Positions 24,376 through 38,400 are shown, numbered from the stretch's first letter. The stretch is 64,000 nt of DNA from Takakia lepidozioides (GCA_030704615.1 CM060734.1:36394001-36458000), one strand, 5' to 3'. The notes: generated by a model from the letters alone, not told the origin. Made by a program: numbers and translations.

Positions 24376-25733
24376 ACTTAGATTTAGTGGACTGAATATG
24401 GAGCAAAACCAATCTATTTGTTTCAGTTTTGTGCTTTAGGGTTTGAAAGACTCAAACTGAAAGTTTCAAACCCTAAAAAGAATGAGAGGAAACTTAGAAG
24501 ATGACGTAGAACTTAGAAGATCACACTTTAGGGAATCAAAGCAGAATTGCCATAATCTTTAGGGAACCCTAAACTAAAGTTTCCAACCACAATGCTGTGA
24601 TACAATTCATTATGTCTCTATTCAAAGAGAGCCAAAGCACATGATTCACTTGTCACCTTCATCATATCCACTTGTTTTTACATCATGATGACGGGTTTAA
24701 AGGAAAGAATGAAAGAAGAAGGAGCATAGATCTTACTCACCTTGAAAAAAAGAGGATGTGACGCCTTCTCCTTTGATCTAGCAACTCCAAGCATCACCTC
24801 TCCAAGCACTCCTCCAAGCAGGTAACTATGGCAGCCGTCGCTCGATGGTAGCCGCCATCGCGATGGTAAAACCCTAAAACTCTTTTTTGGTTTCTAATTG
24901 ATTAGGGCATTTGACCATACATGATTAACCTAAACTAACCCCGGGTTGATGAGGGCATGGGATGGATGAAGCAGGCCTGGAGCATAGGGCCTGCATGCAT
25001 GGCGGATGGGGAGTATGGAGCCATGCTATGGCGGCCATAGCATGGCATGGGGCTTCATGGAGGAGTGAATTTAATGCTGGGGCCACATGAGGAGCCATAA
25101 ATGTGGACCCCACATTAATGTGTCCCGTGGCCAAGGGCTTTATCAGGAGTAGATTACAAATAGCCGGAGGCCATAAACACATTTGTTCCATTGTATATCG
25201 ATAGTAATAGGGCGCACCAATTGACGCGGCGCAATTTGTAAAGAATCAACGCAGTCTACTGTGCTATGCATGTTACGCATGGTTTGCAGTACACTGTGCA
25301 TGTAATGTCCGCGCGCCATCTCTGGCATGGGCACGCTGTCTCCATCTTTGCAGCTGCTCAAGTGTCTCTTAGTAACATCGCGACTCCACAATGTCCTTTA
25401 CTGGAACCGTGGCACTCAGCTGGTCAGTGTACAGTGTGGATCTAAGTTATGACCACATTACAGCAGCGCTCCATCGATAGCTAAAGAGGAGAGCCGCAGG
25501 CCTGCGAGGAAGTACCAGCCCACCGCGGCAGAGCCAGCTTGGGACTACACCAAGTGTGTACTGTAGTTTTATAATTGAAGGAACCGACCCTACGGTAGCT
25601 AAGCAGCAAGATTGTAGGTACAATAAGTGAACTATAACCAATGCGAGTGCACGTTTCGTAACCTCCCAAGGAGAGAGAAGACTCCGGCCAGAGACAAAGC
25701 ATCAGTACGATTTCCAGAGTTGGGAGGGAGTCT

Positions 25734-28227
25734 ATGGCGTCTGGAGTAACCGGCAAGCAGCAAGTTGGAGCCCCTGCAACATGGCGGCCTCGAGTCTAAG
25801 AAGTTCACGGTGGACCTGAGCAAGCCGATTGTTTTCCATGTTAGACTTCAAACTTTAATTTTGAGCACCTAATCTCGATGGTTTAAGCCATTGAATCCTC
25901 ACATCTTTGCTGGATTATCTATTGTATTATGATACTTACATCATCCGATTGTTGAATTTGTTGATGTGTGGTGAATCTTACGTTCTGATGGTGCGTTGGA
26001 TCGCTCTTCTGTGTATGTACGTAAAGCTAGCCTTACGAAGAATTTTTTGTTTGTACTTTTCAGGTTGGCCATCTCGGGGAAGAATATGACGACTGGGTCC
26101 ACCAGGCGATACTTCGTAAGACCCCTCAATTTTTTGGAAATAGTATCCTTGAGGTATATTGGAGTGGTTCTAACAAGAACTTTGATTTTGAACACCCCCG
26201 AAAGTAATGGAAATGCCATGCACCTCTAGCGTTTAATTTGCAGCGTTCATCCGTTCTGTACTAGTTCCCGAGAGCCATTTCAGCATGCCATGTCTCTGCC
26301 ATGTGCTTGAGGATTGCTCCGAGACTTCTCAGTCACAGTGTCCGAAGCATTCTCGTGTAGCAGCACAACCTTGGATATTATTAGCCAGTATGTATAACAT
26401 CATGACTGCTGTTTAAATGCATGCTACTGAAACTGCTGTTTCTGATTGATGCAGTTTTTTACTCGTACAAAGTGGTGGGTCATCCCAATGATATGGCTGC
26501 CAGTTATGAAGTGGACACTAGTGAAAGCCTTGGCCGATGGGCTGCCTGCCCCGTTCATTGTACCGTCATTTATGTCAGGGGTTTTCCTGTGGACGTTTTT
26601 TGAGTACTGCATGCACCGTTTTGCTTTCCACGCAAAGGTTTCAAGCTTTTGGTGAGAACTGTTCTTTCAGTCGATGCCAAACTTCTATACGTTGTTTGCT
26701 GAAGATGGTAGAAATTCTCTAGTTCTGCTCTTGGGGTCAGTAACGACCATCGAGAAACCATCAACAGCGTGACTAATAACTTGCATGAGTATAGTACGTG
26801 GGTATATTCACAAAGTGACTTAACGCTATTTGAAACCTGGATATTTAAGAGAGATCTAATTTACGGATGCGTTTCTCCTAGACTCGCCAGATCACGGTCC
26901 GACAGATCGCCCCTCGCCGAGACGTTTGTATATACAGACTTGTACTATCTCTCATGGACCTTGCTTTCTCTGGAACAGGGCAATCACAGTTCATTATCTT
27001 CCCATGGATTCCCCCACAAGCACCCAATGGACGCAGATCGACTTGTATTTCCTCCATTGTTTACCTTCATCTTTGCTTTTCCTGTAAGTATATGAATTCC
27101 GCAATATAACCTCTCAAGCGATGTCGCCAGAATTCTAGCCAGAATTGCAAACTTCCATCCAGGCCGTGCAAGAAATCTAGAGATTATATTCCTAGAAAAA
27201 CGGAGGTAAAGGAAGATTGAGGAGATATCGAACGAGATTTACCAGGGAGACGGAAAGGATTATGCACAAGTGGAGCATGGCGTACATTAACAGTCACCGA
27301 ATGTTCTAAATCACCTCAGAATTAGAGATGATAGTATTGAGATGATAGTAGCACTGGTACGCTAGCTACCACATGATTATGCCGAGATTATGCAGATGGT
27401 TCATTATTAAATCTGTCTCCCCCAATATTATTGTGCAGCTGTGGCATATAGGCAAGCTACTGTTTCCCCGCGGTGTGGCTCCTGCGGTGTCTGGAGGGGT
27501 GGTATTTGGGTACATCGTGTACGACCTTACCCATTTCTTCCTTCATTACGGTGCTGCATTCACGAAGCAGCTGTACGAGATGAAGGTATGGTCCAGTCCT
27601 TCAGTTGGGCCACTAGTCTGCATTTCGAGTAGGCTCGTTGAATGCTTGACAGTTACCATGAGGGTACTAGTTCATTTAATCGGCCAGACGCCACATATCA
27701 GTAACTTATTCATACATGCTTCATATGTTCATTTGACTGTTCTTATCTGTACGTTATGCACCATATCTTTTGACACACCAACCTCCGTGTAGTTGAGAAG
27801 CGTATTGCTGAAAGATTGGCGACAATTCGCCCGTTGGGATAGACCATCTATCTAGCTGAGATCTCGCTCTCCTTGATTCTCAATAGATATTTTGGTGTCT
27901 TGATTATTCGATCCTAGAGTCCTGCAGTTTGCAATTCTGTTCTTGTTACAGAAGTCACGGATTGTAGCACAATGTCAGATGAAATTGAAGGGTTCAAGTT
28001 TCTGCTTCTTGATGCAGAAACTCCACTCTGACCACCATTTCAAGAACAAGATGTACATCTACAGCTTCGGTGTCACAAGTAGTTTTTGGGACAAGGTGTT
28101 TGGTACTCTGCCACCCACCAATCAGGGCTCCAAGAAGCAGAGAGTTCACCAACTATATGCGCCGAAGTGTATGATGAACAACACAACAAGAGCTAAGGAT
28201 GCTGTGGGCAGAATATACCTTTTTTGA
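25734..28227 (+). pseudogene. FAH: Fatty acid 2-hydroxylase (FAH1/FAH2-like), 6 exons, frameshifted
   Basis: Exons 25734-25839, 26064-26153, 26455-26651, 26979-27083, 27439-27585, 28018-28227. Motifs FTVDLSKPIVFHVGHLGEEY, EYCMHRF, HKHPMD..RLVFPP, YDLTHFFLH, HHF...FGVTSSFWDKVFGT. The ATG at 25734 is out of frame with FTVDL, there is a 1-nt deletion after TVHYL (about 27001), and a His-box HH reads PH. Confidence 0.85.
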
Positions 28228-29401
28228 GGCAAATTACGAAGCAGAAGATTGCCGCTCAACGATGCTGGCCCATTATGCCTTCGTAAAAAACCTTCTCAGA
28301 CGGGAAGTTTCATCCTGGCAGGGAGGAGCGTACCTTACCTTCCACCAGGCATAAGAACACCTAGAGAGCCTTTCGAAAATTGGTAAGAGACAATTTTGGA
28401 GGGGCCATGAAGGGGCAAGTTGGTTTTGTTTACAGGTGATAGGGCAGCTGACTCCCCTTCCCTCTTTCACTCTCAAGCATTCTTAAACAGTGGAAGGGCC
28501 TCATCAGCTGGCCTCTATACATAATGGGCAGTTTTTTCATAATTGGCTGTTTCACTTTGAACGGCTCATTATGTCCTGCAGCTAATCACATGCCCCATAA
28601 TCTGCCCCCAAAATCCTTCATGGGAGGGGGCCCATTTTGCCTCCTAGTGAGTCTCTAGGGTGAGAGCTACCCTTGCCTTAGATACTCACTAGGAGGCAGA
28701 ATGCGCCCTAGAGTGCATTCTCTAGTACATACAAGATTATAGTTGAGCTGGTCAAGGCAAGTTAAGAGCTTGTGTGATTGGAGAGTATGGTATAAATCAT
28801 TGCCCACAACTTCTGTCCCCATGTTAGCTTGAAGTTGGGAAGTAGTTGTCAAACAGCTTACAAACGGTAAGCTATTTGACCACAACTTCATTAAAAACAT
28901 GTCAATATATTCCTTGAAAGGTGCTTTCAGACTAAAGCATATGTCTAGACGTTTTCATAGAAAATAACCTAGTCGTTGACAACCTAACTTAGTTGGAGTA
29001 ACCAGGCTAGTTGTTCCCGCATCCCAACAACTATCTTACTCATTTCAGAAATTTATTATATATGTATTTTAATTGTATAGCACTTGAGCGATTGATGTCA
29101 AACCTACGTTGAAAAAAGAAAAGAAAACCTATGTCTCATTGCGCATCCCGTGGGGATGAATAGCCTTGAAACCGAACAATTAGAAGCTTGATTAGTTTAA
29201 AAATGGGTCAAACTTACACTCCGGTTAAATCACTGAGAAACAAACTACATCTACACAATCTCTACGCCTAGGGAAGACTAAGAAGAGGGAGGCCAAGTTA
29301 TCAAGGCATTGGATTGTGGTTGTAGCTAGTTCGCAGACAAGGAGAAGTTTCAAATTGATGGTTGGGTTTCGGTATGTGCAGGCTTTTGAAACGTGCCTGC
29401 A

Positions 29402-32400
29402 TCATAAAGTTGATAGACATGTGGCATTGTTTCCTAAGTTCTTTAATTGATTGGAGCACGCATCATCCAATTTTCCCAAGGCCGGGAGTTCACCTTTCTT
29501 CAGCAACCACAAATTCAATGCCTCTTTTGGGACCTTCAACCTCCCAGAGTTGAACAGCTTTCTAGGCATAACCTCTGCCATCCCTGTCAACCTTTCACCC
29601 AGGTCAGGCAAAATTCCAGTTAAATCCTTGTGACCTGAGGCCTTCTGTGATTCGTGACTAGATGATCCATCATGTCCATTCGAAATAATTTGGTTATGTC
29701 CCTCTCTTTCACAAGCCCGAGCATTGCTGGCCTTTGATAATATTGGGATGGTTTTCTACTTCGCAAGAATGTTGCCAAAGGGTTAAAATTAAATCCTCCC
29801 AAATCTGGCTGTACTGAGGAGGCTCTTGACGAGTGGTTGGGAGACTCATCTGGAGTGGAGGGGACTTCATTGCCCAAACACACAGCTGGAAGCCCGAGCT
29901 CAGTTTGAAGAACTTGCAAAACCGCGTCTCGGATAACTGGCACTCCATGAACCTCACTCCGATGTCCTACCCCAGTAATGATCACAAGGTCATCTTGGAT
30001 TCCATCATCATTACTACAACGCTCTTTGATGATTCGAAGAACAGCTAACACTGCTGTCCGTGCCTCCCCCTTGGAAAGCCCATGCAGATCAATGATAAGG
30101 TTATTCATGTTAGATTGGCTGCGAGCATGTACCGCCACCTTCTGCAGCAAAAGCTCTGTGTACTCTGGGTTGCCCCTTTCCTCATATTCCAACCCACGTC
30201 TTATGTGAGCACGGCCACCGTGGTCCTCAATCACCCCTTCAGCCCACTCTTTAAGCAGTCCATGTAGTAGGAAATCGTTGGGAGCATACCCTGCATCACG
30301 CATTTCATCGTATATGGCCAGAGCACGCTGAACTTCATGGAACTGCCCACATGTTCGCTGAGCTCTTAACAGTGTATTATAGGTCACCACATTAGGCCGT
30401 ACTCCAGCCACCTTCATCTGCTCAAAGAAGCTAAATGCTTTGTCGGCACTACCTGCCTGAACACATGCCTTGATAATTGTTGTGTACAAAATCACATCGG
30501 GAGTCAGACCTGCTTCCTTTACCTCCTCCAAGACGTTTAAACACCCTGGTAGATCCCCTGTGCCACTATACGCATCCATAAGAATTGACCAGCTCTTCAA
30601 GTCAGGCTCAAAACCCCAAGAAACCATCTCTGCCATGAGGGCCCGAGCACTCTGGGGCACTGCACCACAAGCCTTCATCAGAATGTTGTAAGTGACCACA
30701 TTCGGCGTACACAAAGAACTTCTAGCTCCAACTTTTTGAGTAAAAACCTCCTTGGTCTTGTAAATCCTGTCTGTCCCATTAAGGCCAGTTTCATTCCTTT
30801 CAATGTTACTAAAAGCCACTACATCAGCCTTTGATGCTGTTTGATGATTAATTTCAGACTTGCTGTTTGCCTCTCCGTCTTCAACCTCTCCACTAGGCCA
30901 CCCATAGGCTAAACCTTTTGAATCAACCGCTCCAAAGGACTGAATTCGCCCACTTCGTTTCCACTCTTGAAAGAGTCCAAAGGCCCGATCATACTGGCCA
31001 CCCTTAACACATGCATGGATGAGCACGCTATAGCAATTCACATTGGGGCTACAACCTGCCCCCAACATTTCATCAAATGACCGAAATGCTTGCTCCACCT
31101 GGCCGGCATTTGCACATGCTCCAATTACAGATGTCCATGTCACCACATTCGGTATCACTCCAGCTGCCAGCATGTCAGCTTTCACTTTCAAAGCTTCTTC
31201 CCACATCTTAGCTTCTCCAAATACCTGCCCACCAAGTGGTTCAAGTGCTGAGATAAAGAAAAAAAGAGACGAATGAAGAAACTGTACTATCTCCAGACCC
31301 CTGCATACCCTTTTTCAAATGCAAGTCATGTCCTCCAAAAATTGTGTAACATCATTGACTTTGGCACACAGCATTTCCTATCTCGTGGCACAGAATCCAT
31401 GTGGTTCCTGCCAAACTTCCTCCTTGCCCAAGAAGGAAACTCGAACAAGTGTATTCCCTCAATAACAGACACAGCAGTGACTACTGTTATAGAGTTTAGT
31501 AGAAAAATGTCTACATTGATGAGGGTGCTGTAAGTGATAACATCCATTGTCAGATCCCCTCTAAGTTGCAGATCATGATAAAAATTGACCGCCAAGTCAG
31601 TATGGCCACTGGCACCACAGGCCTTGAGAAGAATATTGAAGGTTGTAGTGTCACCTGCCACTCCTGCACCCTGTTTGCCCCCATCAGTTTACCCCTCCTT
31701 CTCTCTTCTATCTGTTTCTCACTCTGTAGCTCCGTCCAAACCCTGCGCAGCCACAAGGCTAAAGAAACAAAGCCTCCGCAACCCTCTCGCTCCACCACAA
31801 TAAAATCAGACCTAGAAGCCCAGTTCAAGAACCATTCCCAACAGTTGTCAACAAATGCAATGTACACAAATACCTGAAACACGTAAAGAGAACAAGGTCC
31901 AAATGGTTACCTGCATGTGATGGTACAAACGGTGGACCTCCTCCATGTTACCAATATTGGCATTGATGATGCTGTTGTAGATATACACATTTGGTAGGAT
32001 TCCTCCCTTGATCATTCCCTGCTCACAGCCCAGCTACTCAAGAACTGCACAAAGTGCAACAGCGACAGAGTGACAGACAAGGAGAAAGTTGTTCACGACT
32101 GTCATACCAAAAACCTGGGGCACAGAAACGTGCTTTAGTTCTCTCTGTCTATCAGCAGAAACCACAAACAAATGTATTTCTAATGAATTGCTGCAAAACA
32201 GATTGACTACTTTCCTTTTAAGAAATACCAACAATCAAAAACAAAAGTTGGTCAAGCTTCCAACCTCAAACACAACTGAGGCTTTGGAAGGCTCTCCACT
32301 TTGGCCACAGGAATCAATCAGTGCACGGTATGTAAAAGTGTCAGGTGATGCGCCCTCTTCTTTCATCAGGTCAAAGACACTGAAAGCAGATGCCAGTTCA

Positions 32401-35400
32401 CCAAGATAGCCAAATTCACGAATTACGAGGTTGTAGTGCCTGACGTTGTGTGAGAGAAGTCGGACATAGCTGCACCAGGCCGTCTCAATGTGAGTTGTAG
32501 TTGTTGACCATTGCCTCTGCTCACTGGCTATAATGTATTCCCGTATAGCAACCTCAGATCCTAATCCTTCCAGAGCTTTGCAGGTTTCACCCAAAAGAGA
32601 GAGAGAGAGAGAAGACTCTGGCGTAACTAAAAAGCCACTTCACCATGCGGCTACTGCCCCTTTTCGGGGGTGGGCTCTATTAGAAAAAAAGTAGTACCGA
32701 GTACCTGCAGCCAAGTTTATGAGGTCAATTGGTTGGTTTCAAGTTCAATTTATTTGTGATGATTGCTGTAAGGGATCTGATGGCGGTGAGGTGGATTTCT
32801 GTAGATCATTTGGATATGCCAGTAAGAGGGAGGAGGAGGTCAAAGTGGATGATCGAATAAGACTGTTGATGTGGATGCCTCCACGCACACCAGTTGTGAT
32901 AACATGGAGTGGGCCGAGGCGCCAGCCTCGGCTCCTGAGAGCGGGGATGAGTGGGGCGTATTTTTCGCGTTTGGTGAGTATGGCTTTGTTTGGTTATCTG
33001 CCATGGCAATGTGTAAATTCTAGTATGTGGATGGTAAAGTCACGGTGTGGGACAGATTGGGGAGATGACATGGGTAGGCCTTTGAATAAGAGGATGTCCG
33101 GGAAAAGGCATACAAGGCAGGAGCAAGAGGGGTGTGCGCAGGTACAGGGAAGTAGCCATGATGGTAGTGTGTGGTTAGGTGGGCGTTTTCACCCCAAATT
33201 GTCGTTGCACTCGCAGAGGGTGGCGTGTGAATGAATGGGTGTTGGTGAAGGGCCTAGATTTTACATCATACTAGAGAGTCCAACTTGAGAATAAGATACT
33301 ATCAGATTCGAATAACCTACTAAAGGAAAGATAGTCGTTCGCATATACCACTAATGTATGCCATTGGGCTGCCAGTGACATGCTAGAAAACACGAAGTTG
33401 ATTCAGCATTGCTCCTCTAGCCCCTTAGTTAGCAAGATTTGTGACAGATTTGGCCATTAAGCAAGAGAGACAAGTTGAAACCACTCCTTTAAAATGCATC
33501 AGCAACCTGTTGCTCTCGTTATAACAAATGAACCACCTCTGGTACCTTAGTTCAAGGACTTTGGAAAGAGGAAAACTCAATTACCTGGAACCAGATTGGC
33601 ATCAGCTGTATCTGATACTACAGCAATGTCAGTCAATGCCAGCACTACAATCAATACTCAAGTACAGTGGGATAGACTTCAATGTGCACGAGCTCCATCG
33701 TAATTTTGGGTTGATTTTGGAACCTGGTTGTTAAAACCCAAGGACTGACTCTCTTAGGGGTTGTCCCATGAGGATTGTGCCGTCAGGATATTTCATGACA
33801 AGGTCAATGACTGACTTCTCTCTCTCTCTCTCTGTGGGCACCATTTCATTTCATTTCTCTGTGGTCAAAAAATTGTCTGATGAAAATGATGTTGGGCAGA
33901 AAACTTCCCTGAACTTGTTTCCAGTCTGTGACATGGGGGAGGACTCATGGATGATCTCAAGGGTCTACCCACTCTCGGCACTAGACTGAAATTTAAACTC
34001 AGGGCAGGAAGCCTACCTTTGAACAGCAGACTTAAGCAGAGAGGAAAGGGAGAGTGCAATTTCCCGTTGTGCGGGCAACCTGAAGACAATATTCATTTTT
34101 TGATTCACTGTCCGGGGTTCTCTCACCAGAGAGACACTCTACTCAAATCTATCAAGGAAATTGTGCCTGTACCTATGTTTACCAACATTGAAAGTCGCGA
34201 GGCTGAGCCAAAAGCCCAGGCCCTTCTGGGGTCTAGTTATTGGGCAAACCACACACAGCAGATTGATGCTTGTGTGAAGGGATTTCTAGAGGATATCTGG
34301 AAAACCCGGATCAATGCTTTATACCAAGGTAAGTCTTACTACCAATGTCAGCCCCTGACAGAGGTAGGTTCTGTCCCTTTGTGTTCTGCTCAAACTGGGC
34401 GCGGGGTCAATGGCCACAAGGCTACGGCAAACAACGTCTTATAAGTACATTCTCTCTCTGTGGGTCTACCCACTCTCGGCACTAGACTGAAATGTAAACT
34501 CAGGGCGGGAGCCTACCTTTGAACAGCAAACAGATGCAGAGACGGAAGGGAGATTGCAAATGCCCGCTGTGTGGATAACCTGAAGACAATATCGACTTTC
34601 TGATTCATTGTCCTGGGTACTCTCACCTGAGAGATGCCCTCTTGAAATCCATCAAGGGATTTGTTCCTGTACCTCTGCTAACCAAATTTGAAAATCTCGA
34701 GGGTGAGCCAAAAGCCCAGGCCCTTTTGGGGCCTAGTTATTGGGCAAATCACACACAGCTGATTGATGCTTGTGTAAAGGGATTTCTAGAGAATATCTGG
34801 AAAACTCAGATGAATTGTCTGTTCCAAGGCAAGTCATACTACAGGAGTCAGCCAGTTTCTGTCCTTTTGTGTTCAGCTCAAACTGGGCACGGGGTCAATG
34901 GCCGCAAGGCTACAGCAAATGTCATCCTATGAGTACATTCTCTCTGAGCCAAAAGCCCAGGCCCTTTTGGGTTCTAGTTATTCGGCAAATCACACACAGC
35001 AGATTGATGTTTGTTTGAAGGGATTTCTGGAGGATATCTGGAAAACTCGGATCAATTGTCTGTTTCAAGGTAAGTCATACTACCAGCATCAGCCCCTGAC
35101 AAAGGTAGTTTGTGTTCCACTCAAACTGGGCACGGGGTCAATAGCCACAAGGCTATGACAAACAAGGTATTATGAGTACATTCTCTCTCTCTCTCTTCCG
35201 CCCACATATCCTAAGTTAATCCAGATATCCTAAGTTAATCGACTCTATATCTTGGAAACAGGACCGCCCTGTCAAACAGGCTAAGTCCTGGCAGAAGAGA
35301 GTAGAAGAGATCCTCAAGGACCTGGACCTGGATCCGCAAGTCTTGACCCTGCTGGATAAATCTGACTTAGAGGCTGTAGTGTCCTCAGCCATGTCTGTTG

Positions 35401-38400
35401 CCATGAGATTGTCTGATGAAAATGAAGTTAGGCAGAAAACTTCCCTGAACTTGTTTCCAGTCTGTGACATGGGGGAGGACATCTTGGATGACCTCAAGGG
35501 TCTACCCACTCTCGGCACTAGACTGAAATTTAAACTCAGGGCAGGAAGCCTACCTTTGAACAGCAAACAGAAGCAGAGAGGAAAGGGAGAGTGCAATTGC
35601 CCGTTGTGTGGGCAATCTGAAGACAGTATTCATTTTCTGATACACTGTCCGGGGTTCTCTCACCAAAGAGACGCTCTCTTCAAATCTATTAAGGGAATTG
35701 TGCCTGTACCCCTGTTTACCAACTTTGAAAGTCTCGAGGCTGAGCCAAAAGCCCAGTCCCTCCTGAGGCCTAGTTTTTGGGCAAATCACACACAGCAGAT
35801 TGATGCTTGTGTGAAGGGATTTCTAGAGGATATCTGGAAAACCCGGATTAATTCTTTATATGGAGGTAAGTCTTACTACCAACGTCAGCCCCTGACAGAG
35901 GTAGGTTCTGTCCCTTTTGTTCCCGCTCAAACTGGGCGCGGGGTCAATGGCCACAAGGCTACGGCAAACGACGTCTTATGAGTACAATCTCTTCCGCCCA
36001 CAGTGGACACAGGGTCTATGGCCACAAGGCTATGGCAAACAGCATCTCATGAGTTCTCTCTCTCTCTAAAATCTCACGAGTACATTCTCTAAACCTCAAC
36101 TAGACCAAAAATTAAACTCAGGGCAGGGAGGCTACTTTTGAACAGTAAACAGATATAGAGAGGAAAGGGAGTTTGTCAATGCCCAATATTGGCGTCCCGA
36201 AGACAGAATCCATTTTCTGATACAATGTCAGAGGTACTCTCATCAGAGAGTGGCCCACTCACACACAGCAGATTGATGCCTGAGCCCCTCACAAAGGTAG
36301 TGTATGTTCCCTTTGGTTCCACCCAAACTGGGCGTGGGGTCTATGGCCACAAGGCTATGGCAAACAACATCTTATTAGTACCTTCTGTGTGTGTGTATGT
36401 GTGTGTGTGTCTCTCTCTCTAAACTCTCTCTTAATAGTGAGGTTAAAAGGACCAAGCTTTGCAACGTTATCAGGCCCTTTTTGGAGTACCCATACTCACT
36501 TTGGTGTCGATAACTCCAACCATGCTAAATCTCTAGAAGCCATTTGATGTGATGAGTTCAAGGTCAGATGGTGAGGTCAGTCTTTGGAAGCAAGACCGTC
36601 CTGTTAAACAGGCTAAATCTTGGCGGAAAAGGGTAGAAGAGATTTTCAAATATCTGAATATTAGCCCAGAAGAAGCGACCCTGCTAGACCCTGCTAGATG
36701 CAGCTGACTTGGAGGTTGCAGTGTCTAATGCCATGTCGGATGCCCGAAGACTGTTCTATGAAAATGAAGTTAGGCATAAAACTTCCCTGAACTTGTTTCT
36801 CGTCTGTGACATGGGCAAGGACCTTAAGGATGATCTCAGACCTACACTCGGCACTAGACTGAACTTTAAACTCAGGTCGGGAAGCCTAACTGTGAACAAA
36901 CAACAGATGCAGACAGGAAAAGGAGATTTTAATTGCCCGATGTGCGGGCAGCCTGAAGGCAATATCCATTTTCTGATACATCGTCTGGGATATCCTCACC
37001 AGACAGCTTGTGCTCTTTTTGCACTGTGCATCTACTAAGGCAACAAGGCCTGCACAATTTGAACACATCTTTCTCTCTCCAGTCTGCGCCCTCATGACAT
37101 ATATGCGACTGAAATCGGCAGATTCAAGGACATGTTGGTATGCTAGGGTCCCGCTTTCTTTGACTGACACGGCTGATCTGTTATATCCCTACTACCTCAT
37201 AATCCACAAGGTCTGGAAATCTCTTCTAAATCTGACTGCAACAACTGATTAGGCAAGAGCTGATGCATCAAGCAGACATGGAAATCACAAGATCCCCTTG
37301 CTTAACCATGCTGCAGTATCATGAGACCTTCATGGTCCTCTGTGATGACATAATCATACAACCCAACTACTTGTTTGCACAGCTTTCTACACCTCTAATA
37401 CAGGCATAGGGAGGGTTCCAGGTGGAATCCCAGTCTGAGTATGGAGATAGGCAGATGGGAGAAACAATAACACAGTGAACACTTATGCCCGCCAGTGCTA
37501 CAGAAGACAGGAAGGAGATTGAGACTGAGGAACATGTCTTCTTTCGCTGTCTGCTCTACTATGAAATCAGGGGCCACTTTACTGTCTCTTCAGAGACAGC
37601 CAATGCTAACAGAGATCTTCCATTATGAGGACCAGATGCCTGGAGGCATAACGTCATGAGTCTCTCAAACTTAGGGAATCTCTCGCTATGACAGTAGTTT
37701 TTGGGCTTGTGTAGGGCCCCACCTGTTTTCCCATGAGCTCTTTGAGCTTCCCACGGATGTTAAACAGTTTTCCATCTTCCTTCCTCTGTCCATTGTGGGT
37801 GTGTTTTGGAAAGTAAAGCCTATTCTGAAGCTTCATACTACTAAGCCTTCACATTACTGCAGAGAGAAGCAATGCGCTTCACCAAAATAATTTTGCAAAG
37901 TCTACTAATCACATGGCTTCATAGACATAACTTGTCATTAAAAAAATGAATAACAGGGCGAATACCTGTGAACCAGGTCAATGCTACGTGTGCGCACACA
38001 ACCCGCAACCACCAGGCTGGGTTCAGCCAGCTTCTTTACAAGGAACCCGCAGTCTGAATGCATAAAGAAACAAATCAATACGATCACCTAGTATGTCAAA
38101 AATATCTCCAACCACATACAGCCTTAGACCCACAGTTGCTGTGGGTCCATAAGCAAATCACAACAAGGTCTTGCTGCCCAACCAATTGGCAAAAGTCACC
38201 TACCTGTGACCCAAGATGAAACTATGCTTTTGCACCAACAGCACAACCCTGAGAATGCACTAGCATGTTTCAAACATAGCTCAACCTCTCTGCCCACGAC
38301 CGGCTGTACAGGACTAAGGCAACAAAGCACCAAAGTCCAGAGGCTCAGAAGGCTCACTAGGATTGACTATGTCTACATTTACGTCTCCGCGGAACAATTG

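Larger units (their letters stand above)
19442..25172 (+). mobile_element. Mutator-like element (MULE) with about 300-bp TIRs and a decayed transposase
   Basis: Long inverted repeats at about 19442-19735 and 24895-25172. Degenerate 9-bp TSD ATAGCAACA/ATAAACACA (6/9). MULE domain ISCDATFGTNDQKFQLFTLIVFDKHYNGIPVAW...FIVDD at 21960-22215 and ETNVAIEAYHGNLK...RRVDWL at 23063-23280. Stops and frameshifts present. Confidence 0.92.

Noticed and set aside
33825-37005. CRISPR-like or satellite interpretation of the repeats
   Set aside because: The units are variable-length protein-coding 3' ends with TSDs in a eukaryotic intron; there is no constant repeat/spacer structure.
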